Positions 13,074-24,950 of a stretch of 64,000 nt of DNA are shown in pieces (position 1 is the stretch's first letter; each line of letters begins with the position of its first letter). Source of the stretch: Rhizophagus irregularis (Eukaryota); the NCBI RefSeq assembly GCF_026210795.1, contig NC_089429.1:3844001-3908000 (forward strand). The letters are read 5' to 3'. The position numbers and the translations under genes are program-made. The notes beneath the pieces are model-generated. The model had not been told where the DNA came from, did no database searches, and saw nothing but the letters and a program-made list of their open reading frames with translations.

Positions 13074-14046
13074 AAGGGTTGGTCACCTATCTCGGTGGTT
13101 AGTCACTGAGACCCTCATTAAGCCTGAGTATGGTGAGGTCGCAGGTTCGATTCCCATGACCACGGAAATAAAAAAGAATTTTACTGCGGACGCTACAACC
13201 AATAGCGTGAAGGTACAGGGGATTAGTGTAGTTGGACTGCATCATGGTGAATTAGTGTGTACGGTTAGGCCGCACATTTCAACTAAGGGTCGTGGTGTCC
13301 TTCTAACGTTCCCTATGAGGCCATTGGTATGTGCGCAGTCCTGTCCTTGAGGTCACTACTATACCTTGGGGGGACTTCCTGTCTGGGTGGTCAGCTCCAC
13401 GATACCACTTGGGGTCAGTAATGGCTAGATGGTCGTCCTAGATGGTAAAGCTGAGGGTGCAATGTCTTAGTGGTAGTTTGACCTTCTGTTAGGTCTTAGA
13501 CCAACCAAAGTGTTCGTGCACAGTGGTTATGGGGTTCGATTCCCCACTTCTTGGGTCCTGGTTGGTGATCCCTGGTGGTTGATACCCACCATAAGGAGTG
13601 ATCCTGGACAGAAGCCTGCTACTTCCTGTGCTAGGTGGTCGGCTACAAAGTATACCACTTGGGGTAAACAACTGTACTATCGGTGCTAGGTAATCGCGGG
13701 CTGTAGTGGCCTTTGAGTGAGGCTTAGTACCTAAAATGGTGGTATGGAAGGGTACTAGATGGTTGATGTTACCTGTCGAAAGTCCTCCATGAAAGTAGAT
13801 GCTCTCTAAAGGTCGTTAAATAAATTGAGTATCAGTATCATGCAATGGGTATAGGATGAGTAGGCGGCGTGTACCTAGCTTCAGATCAGCCTATAATGGC
13901 CCGATGGGGGATGTCTTCTATAGTGGTGCTGTTACCTGAGGAATTAAGTACTCGGTATAATGGTTGCCCATTGAAGATGATAGGACACAGACCCGAGATT
14001 AGTCTCATAAGAGGCAATGGGTGGTCTGGCCGTAAACATTAGCAAA
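13074..14046 (+). mobile_element. tRNA-derived SINE-like unit 1 (~970 bp, non-coding)
   Basis: 5' tRNA-like head with A box (TATCTCGGTGGTTAG) and B box (GGTTCGATTCC). GC-rich body, no T5 run, no credible ORF. 3' end GCCGTAAACATTAGCAAA. Flanked by the shared 15 bp repeat. Confidence 0.8.
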
Positions 14047-14061
14047 GGAAAAGATTAAAAC

Positions 14062-15044
14062 TAGGGTTGGTCACTCTATCTCGGTGGTTAGTCACTGAGA
14101 CCCTCATTAAGCCTGAGTATGATGAGGTCGCAGGTTCGATTCCCATGACTACGGAAATAAAAAGAATTTTACTGCGGACGCTACAACCAATAGCGTGAAG
14201 GTACAGGTATTAGTGTAATTGGACTGCATCATGGTGAATTAGTGTGTACGGTTAGGCCGCACATTTCAACTAAGGGTCATGGTGTCCTTCTAACGTTCCC
14301 TATGAGGCCATTGGCATGTGCGCAGTCTTGTCCTTGAGGTCACTACTATACCTTGGGGGGACTTCCTGTCTGGGTGGCCACTCCACGATACCACTTGGGG
14401 TCAGTAATGGCTAGATGGTCGTCCTAGATGGTAAAGCTGAGGGTGCAATGTCTTAGTGGTAGTTAGACCTTCTGTTAGGTCTTAGGCCAACCAAGGTGTT
14501 CGTGCGACAGAACAGGTAGCATGGTTATGGGGTTCGATTCCCCACTTCTTGGGTCCCGTTGGTGATCCCATCCCTGGTGGTTGATACCCACCATAAGGGG
14601 TGATCCTGGACAGAAGCCTGCTACTTCCTGTCCGAGTGGTCACTACATAAGTATACCACTTGGGGTAAACAACTGTACTATCGGTGCTAGGTAATCACGG
14701 GCTGTAGTGGCCTTTGAGTGAGACCTAGTACCTAAAATGGTGGTATGGAAGGGTACTAGATGGTTGATGTTACCTGTCGAAAGTCCTCCATGAAAGTAGG
14801 TGCTCTCTAAAGGTCGTAAAATAAATTGAGTACCAGTATCATGCAATGGATTAAGGATGAGTAGGCGGCGTGTGCACACTTCGATCAGCCTAAAATGGCT
14901 CGATGGGGGATGTCTTCTACATGGTGCTGTTACCTGAGGAATTAAGTACTCGGTTTAATGGTTGCCTATTGAAGATGATAGGACACAGACCCGAGATTAG
15001 TCTCATAAGAGGCAATGGGTGGTCTGGCCGTAAACAATAGCAAA
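14062..15044 (+). mobile_element. tRNA-derived SINE-like unit 2
   Basis: Colinear with unit 1, with many substitutions and small indels. Flanked by repeat copies 14047-14061 and 15045-15059. Confidence 0.8.
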
Positions 15045-15059
15045 GAAAAAGATTAAAAC

Positions 15060-16147
15060 TACCGGGGTTGGTCACCCTATCTCGGTGGTTAGTCACTGAG
15101 ACCCTCATTAAGCCTGAGTATGGTGAGGTCGCAGGTTCGATTCCCATGACCACGGAAATAAAAAGAATTTTACTGCAGACGCTACAACCAATAGCGTGAA
15201 GGTACAGGGATTAGTGTAGTTGGATTGCATCATGGTGAATTAGTGTGTACGGTTAGGCCGCACATTTCAACTAAGGGTCATGGTGTCCTTCTAACGTTCC
15301 CTATGATGCCATTGGTATGTGCGCAGTCCTGTCCTTGAGGCCGCCTACTATACCTTGGTGATTTCCCGTCTGCGCTGGCTACTCTACGATACTACCTCCC
15401 CCGGCCAGTACCTATTGACGGTCGGTCTCACTGCAGTGTTCGAGCCGCAACGTCTTAATGGTAGCCTTGGGGGGACTTCCTGTCCAGGTGGTCACTCTCG
15501 AAATACCACTTGGGGTCAGTAATGGCTAGATGGTCGTCCTAGATGGTAAAGCTGAGGGTGCAATGTCTTAGTAGTTTGACCTTCTGTTAGGTCTTACGAC
15601 CAAAGTGGTTCGTACAACAGAACAGTTAAACATGGCTATAGTTAACGCCTCTTAGGTCCCGAGTTGGCGATCCCTGGCGGGTTGATACCCACCATAAGGG
15701 GTGATCCTGGACAGATGCCTGCTACTTCCTGTCTGAGTGGTCACTACAAAGTATACCACTTGGGGTAAATAACTGTACTATCGGTACTGGGTAATCGCGG
15801 GCTGTAGTGGCCTTTGAGTGAGACTTAGTACCTAAAATGGTGGTATGGAAGGGTACTAGATGGTTGATGTTACCTGTCGAAAGTCCTCCATGAAAGTAGA
15901 TGCTCTCTAAAGGTCGTAAAATAAATTGAGTATCAGTATCATGCAATGGGTATAGGATGAGTAGGCGGCGTGTACCTAGCTTCAGATCAGCTTAAAATGG
16001 CCCGATGGGGGATGTCTTCTATAGTGGTGCTGTTACCTGAGGAATTAAGTACTCAGTTTAATGGTTGCCCATTGAAGATGATAAGACACAGACCCGAGAT
16101 TAGTCTCATAAGAGGCAATGGGTGGTCTGGCCGTAAACACTTGCAAA
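15060..16147 (+). mobile_element. tRNA-derived SINE-like unit 3 (~1090 bp variant)
   Basis: Colinear with units 1 and 2, but has an extra 112 bp module (15359-15470) and lacks the second B-box hairpin. Followed by the repeat copy 16148-16162. Confidence 0.8.
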
Positions 16148-16261
16148 GGAAAAGATTAAAACTGCCACCATTCGATTTGTCTTAGTGAGACGATTCTAAC
16201 AAGCTATGATACATCTTTGTACGATTATTAGATGCCAAGTTATTTAATATATTCTTTATAT

Positions 16262-16443
16262 AACTGTGATTATAAACAGTTCTTTTTAATATAAGATTTT
16301 TAAGGATAGGTGTGATAGTGACTATAGATAGATTGTGACTATATAGGATAGATTTTAATAATAAAGTGTTTTGAACATTCAACTGGTGTGACTATATAGT
16401 AGAATGTGACTATAACGGGAGTGACTATAGAGGGAGTTGACTG
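16262..16443. mobile_element. Right terminus of a Tc1/mariner (pogo-like) non-autonomous host element
   Basis: Ends TATAGAGGGAGTTGACTG followed by TA (reverse complement TA-CAGTCAACTCCCTCTATA). Multiple subterminal GTGACTATA motifs, also seen at 4572-4596. The left end is presumably outside the window. Confidence 0.6.
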
Positions 16444-17239
16444 TAGCCCGGTTGGTGTCAGATTTTGGCGGAAATCGGATGCCAATCGGGCAGCCCGATT
16501 GCCCTATAAAAAATATGTATACAGTTTTTATACTGTATATACGTATTTTTGATATAGTTTGCATTTTTACATACGGCATATCAGTATATATAATGTATAC
16601 TGTTCGCAAAATGTGTTTAGTAAAAAATACAATAAAGTATACGGTAAACATACTGTGTGATACGGTATATTAAATTCATACGCCTATAACGTATATCATT
16701 TCTACTGTATATCAGTATTTTGTATACAGTTCACAAAAATATTGTAAATAAAGGATACGGTATACGTATTATTCTACAGTATATTAAAATTCATACGTTT
16801 ATAACGTATTTTCTACAGATATACACAGGTCAAATAAATAAAAATCAGATTTTTGCCCTTTTTAATATGGCTATCTGATTTTTTTGGCAATTTTAATATA
16901 ATATTTCCGATTTTAATAAATATTTCTGATTTTAATATAATATTTCTGATTTTTAACATGAAATTGCCGATTTTTGGTTATTTGTAATAGGATTTTTCGA
17001 TTTTAATATATAACATGTGATTATGTATTACGGTTTAATATTTATTTATTAACTTAGATTTTTTTTTTTATTTTAGTTATAATTATTTTTTTGCCTTAAA
17101 AACTTTACTAAAATACTTTTTAAATACTTTATAAAATAGAATTAAAATACTTTTTTTCTTAAATATAAATACATTTAAATTAAATAACTCATAATTTAAA
17201 ATATAAACAAATATTATATTTTTTTTACATATATTTCAA

Positions 17240-18470
17240 AGTATGGTTTGAGCATTTTGGCTGAAGTAAATCTTATTCTTTTAATTAAAAGTAGTTTAGT
17301 AAGTTTAAAACTGTTAAGATCATATAAGTACAGTTAATATTTTTGGAATTATTTACATTTTTTATATTATACAGTAGTATTAAGTTACAAATTTTTTTAC
17401 CTTCAGAGCGTATTTTGAGATCTTTAGCCAAAGTAAATCAACTTCTTATATTAATTGTAAGTTGTTCGGCAGGTTAAAATCTACTTGGATATTAATTTTC
17501 ACGAAGGTACAGTTAATACTTGATGAGTTATTTACAATTTTCACAACAGTACTCATTCATGAATTTTATTTTTTTCATTTTGTCACTTCAGAGCGTATTT
17601 TGAGCACTTTATCCAAAGTAAACCAACTTCTTATATTAATTGAATGTTGTTTAGCATGTCAAAATCTACTTGAATATTAATTTTCACGAAGGTAAAGTTA
17701 ATACTTGATGAGTTATTCACGATTTTCACAATGGTACTCATTTACGAATTTTATTTTTTCCGTTTTGTCACTTCAGAGCGTATTTTGAGCACTTTAGTCA
17801 ATGTAAATCGACTACTTTTATTAATTGAAAGTTGTTTAGCATGTCAAAATCTACTTGAATATTAATTTTCACGAAGGTACAGTTAATACTTGATGAGTTA
17901 TTCACGATTTTCACAATAGTACTCATTTACGAATTTTATTTTTTTCTGTTTTGTCACTTCAGAGCGTATTTTGAGCACTTTAGTCAAAGTAAATCGACTT
18001 CTTTTATTAATTGAAAGTTGTTTAGCATGTCAAAATCTACTTGAATATTAATTTTCACGAAGGTACAGTTAATACTTGATGAGTTATTCACGATTTTCAC
18101 AATAGTACTCATTTACGAATTTTATTTTTTTCCGTTTTGTCACTTCAGAGCGTATTTTGAGCACTTTAGTCAAAGTAAATCGACTTCTTTTATTAATTGA
18201 AAGTTGTTCAGCAGGTCAAAATCTACTTGGATATTAATTTTTACGAAGGTACAGTTAATACATGATGAGTTATTCACGATTTTCACAACGGTACTCATTT
18301 ACGAATTTTATTTTTTCCATTTTGTTACTTCAGAGCATATTTTAAGCACTTTAGCCAAAGTAAATTGACTTCTTTTATTAATTAAAAATTGTTCAGCAGC
18401 TTAGAATCTACTTGAATATTTATTTTAATAAAGGCACAGTTAATATTTGTGGAGTTATTAATTTTTTATA
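17240..18470. repeat. 185-186 bp tandem repeat, ~6.5 copies
   Basis: CTTCAGAGCRTATTTT at 17401, 17586, 17771, 17957, 18143 and 18328. Confidence 0.95.
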
Positions 18471-18964
18471 ATTGTGCGTATTACATTAAATTACAAGTAA
18501 ATTTATATTCTTAATGTATTTTGTTTAAAATTTAATTATTTAAGATTAGTTTTTTATTTAATATTGCTTAATAAAATATTTTTTAAATTTTAATTCAATA
18601 TTACAATATAATTTTTTATAAAAATATATATTTCATAATGTATATACAATTTTTTTGTATAGTGAAAAAACTGAAAAATGTGGTTAAGAATTGGTAATAC
18701 AGCTGTAAAAAGTCATAAATCAGACAAATATAGCTAAAATCAGCCAATTTTTATTTATTTGACGTGTGATAGAGTAAGTTTTTCTACACTTTAAAGCATC
18801 AAACAATACTAGTATCTGCTAAAATGTACTATCCAAAAACTCACTGATGTAAAATCACAATTATTAAAAAATTCACAAGAATTTTTGTTAATACTGTTTA
18901 ATTTTTAAGTTCAAAGTCTGATTGATAATACTAAATTCAAAACTCAATTATAAATCATTTTTAT

Positions 18965-19400
18965 AAATTATAATTTAAAAATTAAGCAGTATTAAGGAAA
19001 ATTCTCATGAATTTTTCTTAATACTACTTAATTCTAATTTAACTAATTTAGTATTAAGGTTTTAATTTAAAAATTAAGCAGTATCAAGAAAAATTCTTGC
19101 AAATTTTTCTTAATACTGCTTAATTCTAATTTAACTAATTTAGTATTAAGGTTTTAATTTAAAAATTAAGCAGTATCAAGAAAAATTCTTGCAAATTTTT
19201 CTTAATACTGCTTAATTCTAATTTAACTAATTTAGTATTAAGGTTTTAATTTAAAAATTAAGCAGTATTAAGGAAAATTCTTGCGAATTTTTCTTAATAC
19301 TGCTTAATTCTAATTTAACTAATTTAGTATTAAGGCTTTAATTTAAAAATTAAGCAGTATCAAGGAAAATTCTTGCGAATTTTCTTAATACTGCTTATAT
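18965..19400. repeat. 92 bp tandem repeat with an internal hairpin, ~5 copies; further copies at 20500-20706 and 28149-28210
   Basis: AATTTAAAAATTAAGCAGTA at 18972, 19064, 19156, 19248 and 19340. Each unit has the inverted repeat AATTAAGCAGTA...TACTGCTTAATT. Confidence 0.95.
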
Positions 19401-22400
19401 CTGCCAATTCGTGAAATTAGCCAAACATAAAGATTTGCACATTTTAACAAGAATTATGTTTCACAAGCTTAAATTGTATGTGTTACATAATCAGATGATC
19501 TAAATCTATCAAAAAATAAAAAAAAAATTTTTTAACGTTTATTCAAAAATAACAATGGCAACTACTTTCTTTTTTAATCACTTTTCAATCACTTTTCAAT
19601 CAGATTTTTGTTAGGTGACTTAGAAAAGTTTATAGGCATATATAGCAGGGTTTTTTTAATCAGTAAGTAAGAAAACAAATATTAATAATTTTTATTAATA
19701 AGAAAAATCTTTTTTCATTTATTTTTAACCTTATTTCCTTCTTTTTTTTAGTAAAAATATATATAAAATAAAAATGTGAGTTATGATTTAGAGTTTTTGA
19801 GATGTTTTTTTTTGTTTTTTACTATACTAATTTTATTCTACTTGTTAATTACTTTTTAAAATTGATTTTATTAATTTATTCAATTTAAAACAGAAATGGC
19901 AAATAAAAACTTGTTAAGTAAAGTAAAAAGAACCCAATAATACCTGTAAAGATCATCTTTTGGTAAGAATTATAATTTTAAAAATTTTTGTGTCAGAGTT
20001 TATTCAATTAACAAAATCGTTAATATCTCGGCGTACATGTATGCTAAACACATATATTTATATTCATATGAAAGCCCAGAATCTACTCTACCTGAACGAA
20101 AAAAGATTATTCAAATTGAATTACTAGATGTGAAGATATTAACGATCAAAGTCAAAGGTTAAAAATAAATATATTGAACGTAACTATTCAGCAACTTGTG
20201 ATCCAATTCATGTGATATTTGGTTTATGGATAGCTCTTGATTACCTCTTTCTAATGAATATAATTCATTCATCTAGCACACATACACGTTAAGTTATTCA
20301 ATATTTTGTCATGACAATTATATTTAAATTTTTTAATTTTAATGATATTATTAAAAAAATCAAAAAATAATATAATCAAATCAATTTTATTTATATCAGC
20401 GGTGTGAATCTATCATTTTCATGTAAATTGTATTAGCATTTTCTTAATAAAGTTAGTTTTTTGAATATAAAAACTTAATTCCATAAATCAGCCCATATGT
20501 TAATTCTAATTTAACTAATTTAGTAGTATTAAAGCTTTAATTTAAAAATTAAGCAGTATCAAGGAAAATTCTTGCGAATTTTTCTTAATACTGCTTAATT
20601 CTAATTTAACTAATTTAATATTAAAGCTTTAATTTAAAAATTAAGCAGTATCAAAGAAAATTCTTACAAATTTTTCTTAATTCTAATTTAGCTAATTTAA
20701 TATTAAAGGTATAGTATATGTCGATCATTTTTTATATATACGCAGTGGCAAATTTTTGTTGATCACATGAAGTTCCGAAAACTGGGTACACGTATCAACT
20801 CAATTAACGCGTCTGAAAAAACAAGTTTTCAAACAGGTTTATCGATCTATCCTATACACTTTTATATAGACATATAGCAATATGACACATAACTGGTATG
20901 ACCTTATCGTCCAAAAAAATCCTTCTAAATATCAAAGTTATAAAAGAATAAATAGAAGCTGGTTTGTTATTGACTTTTCTTCTAAATTCGAAGTATTACC
21001 ACTTCATAAAGAACTGTCAGAATTTATTATACCCAAAAACTTCCATAATGAACTTGAAAAAACTCGGCAAAAAAATATAAATGTTGGTTATATACATTTG
21101 CAAAATAATATTCTTAACGAAAAATCATGGGTTCCATTATTGCCAGGTTATATCATTTATACTTCTTTAGGTGGTTTTTTTTTTAAACTTTCTATTGAGA
21201 GAAATGGAGAATCTTTGCAATTTTTTTGGCAAGAATTTGGTGAAGACTTTACATTTACTAAATGTAATGCTCAAGGTCGGGAAACATTAGGATTTTATCT
21301 AATGATAAAACAGTATAATATAAAAAATATTTCACTTGCCTCAGTTTTAGGGTTTAATGATCATACCATTGTAGCAATGTTGCAAAATACAGTTCATAAG
21401 GTATTTTCCCATCGTTTTTCTTGTCAAAATTTAAATTTTCAATCTCCTACACTATCAACTTCAAAAGAAGAGACTCTAGTCCGTAGTCTTAAACGAAAAA
21501 GTTCTGAACTTGAGCAGCTTAATGAAAAAGATTCAATTGTTCATGGAATTAAATTGGAAGAAAGTGGAAAAATTCTTTCTCCAAAATTTACACAAGCCCT
21601 TATGGTAATGCATGAAAAATACAAATCAACATATTATAACGCTAATCGCAATATCAAACGGCTAAAAACTAAAATTGATCAACTTCAAAATGAAAATTCT
21701 GATTTTAATAATAAAATTGATTTAAATGAAAAATCTGAAAGAATAAAAGAAGCTGTGGATAATATTTTAAATGAAAAAAAATTGGGATCAACGATATTAA
21801 TTAGTACAGAACAATACTTTTCTTTAGTACTTTTGCATCCCTGTAGTCATTGTTATAATACAAATTTTCAAAATAAATCATATCATGTATCTTGTGTTGG
21901 GTTTAATGTTACAATTGACGTAGATTGTCAGCTATGTGGTACGATAGATTCATATTCTAATCAATCTAAAGGAACCAATTTTTCACATATAGTTGCGGCA
22001 TCAACTTTAGCAGGTGGAATGAATCATTATGCTATGCAAAGCTGCATTGGCGGTTATGGGTATTACTGCTCAGAGTTGTAAGAGTTCCTATCATCAATAT
22101 CAATCTCGTATGTTTCCTACTCTTATATTAAAAGCTGAAGAATCTGCTAAACAGGCGTTAAATGCTGCTATAACTCATACTGTTGCAAAAGGAAAAAAAG
22201 CTTTAACTATTGGATTTGACTGCTCTTGGTCCCATTCTCGCAATGCAAAACAAGCTAGTGGAGAATTTATTTATTTGGAAGATCTTGAAGGTAAATTTAT
22301 ATAAAATCAAATTTGATTTTTTATTAATCTTGATTAATTTTATTTTTATTTTCATAAGATTACGGGCACAAAGCTGTTGTTGCTTTTCATGTAGTAGAAA

Positions 22401-23599
22401 AGTCTCGTGTCATCACTAAAAAAGGAAAAGATGGAACTTCAGAGGAAAAAGTTGTGGTACATAAAGGCAATTTTGACGCCAGTTCTCGCCAAATGGAACA
22501 CGCAATTTTAATCACACTTTTGGAACAGATAATTCCAGTATTAGAAAAGTCTGACCTTTTACTTGAAGTTTGTATTGATGGAGATTTAGATTCCAACAAA
22601 ACTTTAGCCAATGTTCCTATTGTATCAGAAATTTATGCGGACCTTAAACATGCAAGCAAAAATATTTGAAAAAACTTATGTTTGTTATTGTTTATTTATT
22701 AATCTATTAAAAGTCAAATATTATTATCGTTCTATTTACTTTTTATTATTTTGCAATAGTAAAAAAACAATATGCTCGTTATCACAGATTTGAGCAGCAT
22801 ATAATGAGATATTTTAATGGATGTGTATTTACTGCTGGCTTGCGAAAAAAAAATGATGATCCAAATACACCAACTAATGAAGAATTGCGTTACATCCAAG
22901 TAGAAGGTTTAATCCAACATCTGCTTAATAATCATGATCTTTGCTGGAAAGAAGTTTGTTGGTATAAGGAAAATGAAGAGCTACAATTGCAAACTCCAAC
23001 ATTACAATCTTTTACAGAAATGGAGATTGAAGGATTTTGAAAAATGCTTTTAACGATTTTTAAGCTTCCTATTCAACAAAGTCTTGTTACTTGTTACCGA
23101 ACAGCCTATAATGAAGCTTTTAACCGAAAAATCTTGCGATTTGTTGATAAGAGAATTGATTTTTGGGCTTCTTATAAAGCACGATATGCTTTAGCTGTTA
23201 TAGATAACAATGAAGGGCTTGATTGTATGATGGAAGGTGTGCGTAAGGCTGCTAAAGTGAATAAATTCAGTACAAATGATCAGTATAATATAAGCAAGTT
23301 GGTTAGACAACGTCAAGGTCAATTACATCATAATCGAAATGTTATAGATAAACGAAATCAAGAACGTGCTGTGAATTATGCTAATGATCGGCAAGAATTG
23401 CAAGGATTTGATTTTAGCCAGGTTGGCTAAAAATATATTTAAAATGTAATATTTATCTATTTTTTAATATAGTATACCTTTGCATATAGGAATTGATTCC
23501 TTACAAGTACAAAGCAGAAGAAAGAATACGCGCAAATTCATTTTATCCTTCCTTTGCAAAATTAATTACAGATTTTGATGTAATTATTAAGTGCCAAGG

Positions 23600-24950
23600 C
23601 CCTATGAAAAAAAATCATCCAATTTTTGTACAATATTTGTTCAAGTCCGTGTGGAAATTGTACAATTATTGCAGATTTTTGGATAAAAATAGCTATGAAG
23701 CTTTTCAAAGCATATTAAAAGTATGCAATTTTTGTACAACTTAAATTTAAGATATAGAAAATGTTCAATTTTTGTGTGATTTTTATACAACTTAAATTTA
23801 GGATACAGAAAACATTCAATTTTTATACAATAAAAATTGTGATTATTGTACAACTTGAAAATAGACTTAAATTTAAGATACAGAAAGCAATTTTTGGGTA
23901 ATCCTACTATACTACTTTCCATCTTACCTGTATGGTTACATTTGACCACTTTTAGGGTCGAATAGACCACTTTTAACCATTACAAATAGATTTTCCTAAG
24001 TAAAGTGATTTATGCAGTAAGGTTACATAAAATTCAACTGCATATTTGCTTATAAATGGGCATCTTCTGGACCCATTGGTGAAATTTTTGTATCATCTTG
24101 TAACTAAAAAAAAGTTAAAAACTTTTTATTAGGTTACACAATTAGTTCTGACCGGAATTATAATTTGGCCAGAATTATGCGGTAAAAATCAACTCTTAAA
24201 ATTATATATGTTGATCACGTGATCTGATCGTCAAAATAAATATGACGACGCGAAATGTTTTTGTTTATGTTTTTTTAACCTTTTAACTTTTCTTCAACTT
24301 TCTTTTAAAATATCAGGTAAGAAAAACTCGTGTTCTTTATCTTTTTATTTTCCTAACTTTTTATATTTTAATGTTACTAACTTGCTTTCTTCACTAACTT
24401 CATACTTTTTTTTATTACTAATACTAATAATTTACTTTTTAACACTACTAATTTGCTTTCTTCACTAACTTCATACTTTTTTATTTAATACTAATAATTT
24501 ACTTACACTAATAATTTACTTTCTTCTTTGATAATACTAATTTACTTTCATGTTACTAACATACTTTATTTTATTTTATTTTCTTACAAATTTTTATATT
24601 TATGATTATATCAAATTTAGTATTTTATTTATGAAATATTGTGTATATTTTTTATATTTTAAGTCAATAAAAAAAATTCATAATTTCACTTTATAAATTG
24701 CCTGTTATTACTGTAAAATTTAACCTATAATTCCTAAAATATGGCCTAAAAAAATTTGGCTCAAAAATCACACAATAATTGTATAAATTCAGGTCAAAAA
24801 TAGGATAATTATTGAATGAATTACCATGCAATAATTGTGTGATTTATTGCAATTTTTAGCACAATTATTGTATGGTCAAATATACAGAAATCGTAGTGAA
24901 TTTAATTGAATGATTTTTCAACAAAAATCACACAGACTTTTTTCATAGGG
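23600..24950. mobile_element. Non-autonomous CMC-like element (1351 bp) inserted in the Kolobok gene
   Basis: TIR CCCTATGAAAAAA / TTTTTTCATAGGG with 3 bp TSD AGG. Excision restores the frame KCQGCSSFRKKTVSGLCSLC. Confidence 0.92.

Noticed and set aside
13080..13165. Functional tRNA-Met gene (also at ~14068 and ~15070)
   Set aside because: A and B boxes are present, but the D, anticodon and T stems pair poorly. It is treated as a SINE head.
13365..13430. HDV-like ribozyme at ACTTCCTGTCTGGGT
   Set aside because: P1 and P2 pairings could not be built by eye. An Infernal search would be needed to exclude it fully.
13930..13970. Hammerhead ribozyme / retrozyme (CTGAGGA followed by a stem)
   Set aside because: There is no GAAA after the putative stem II in any unit, and no core on the - strand.
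13059..16162. CRISPR array
   Set aside because: The inserts are ~1 kb and homologous to each other, the repeat is host target DNA, there are no cas genes, and the context is eukaryotic. The resemblance is architectural only.
13156..16185. Short ORFs within the 1 kb units
   Set aside because: They are 60-78 aa, not preserved across the three copies, and have no recognisable motifs.
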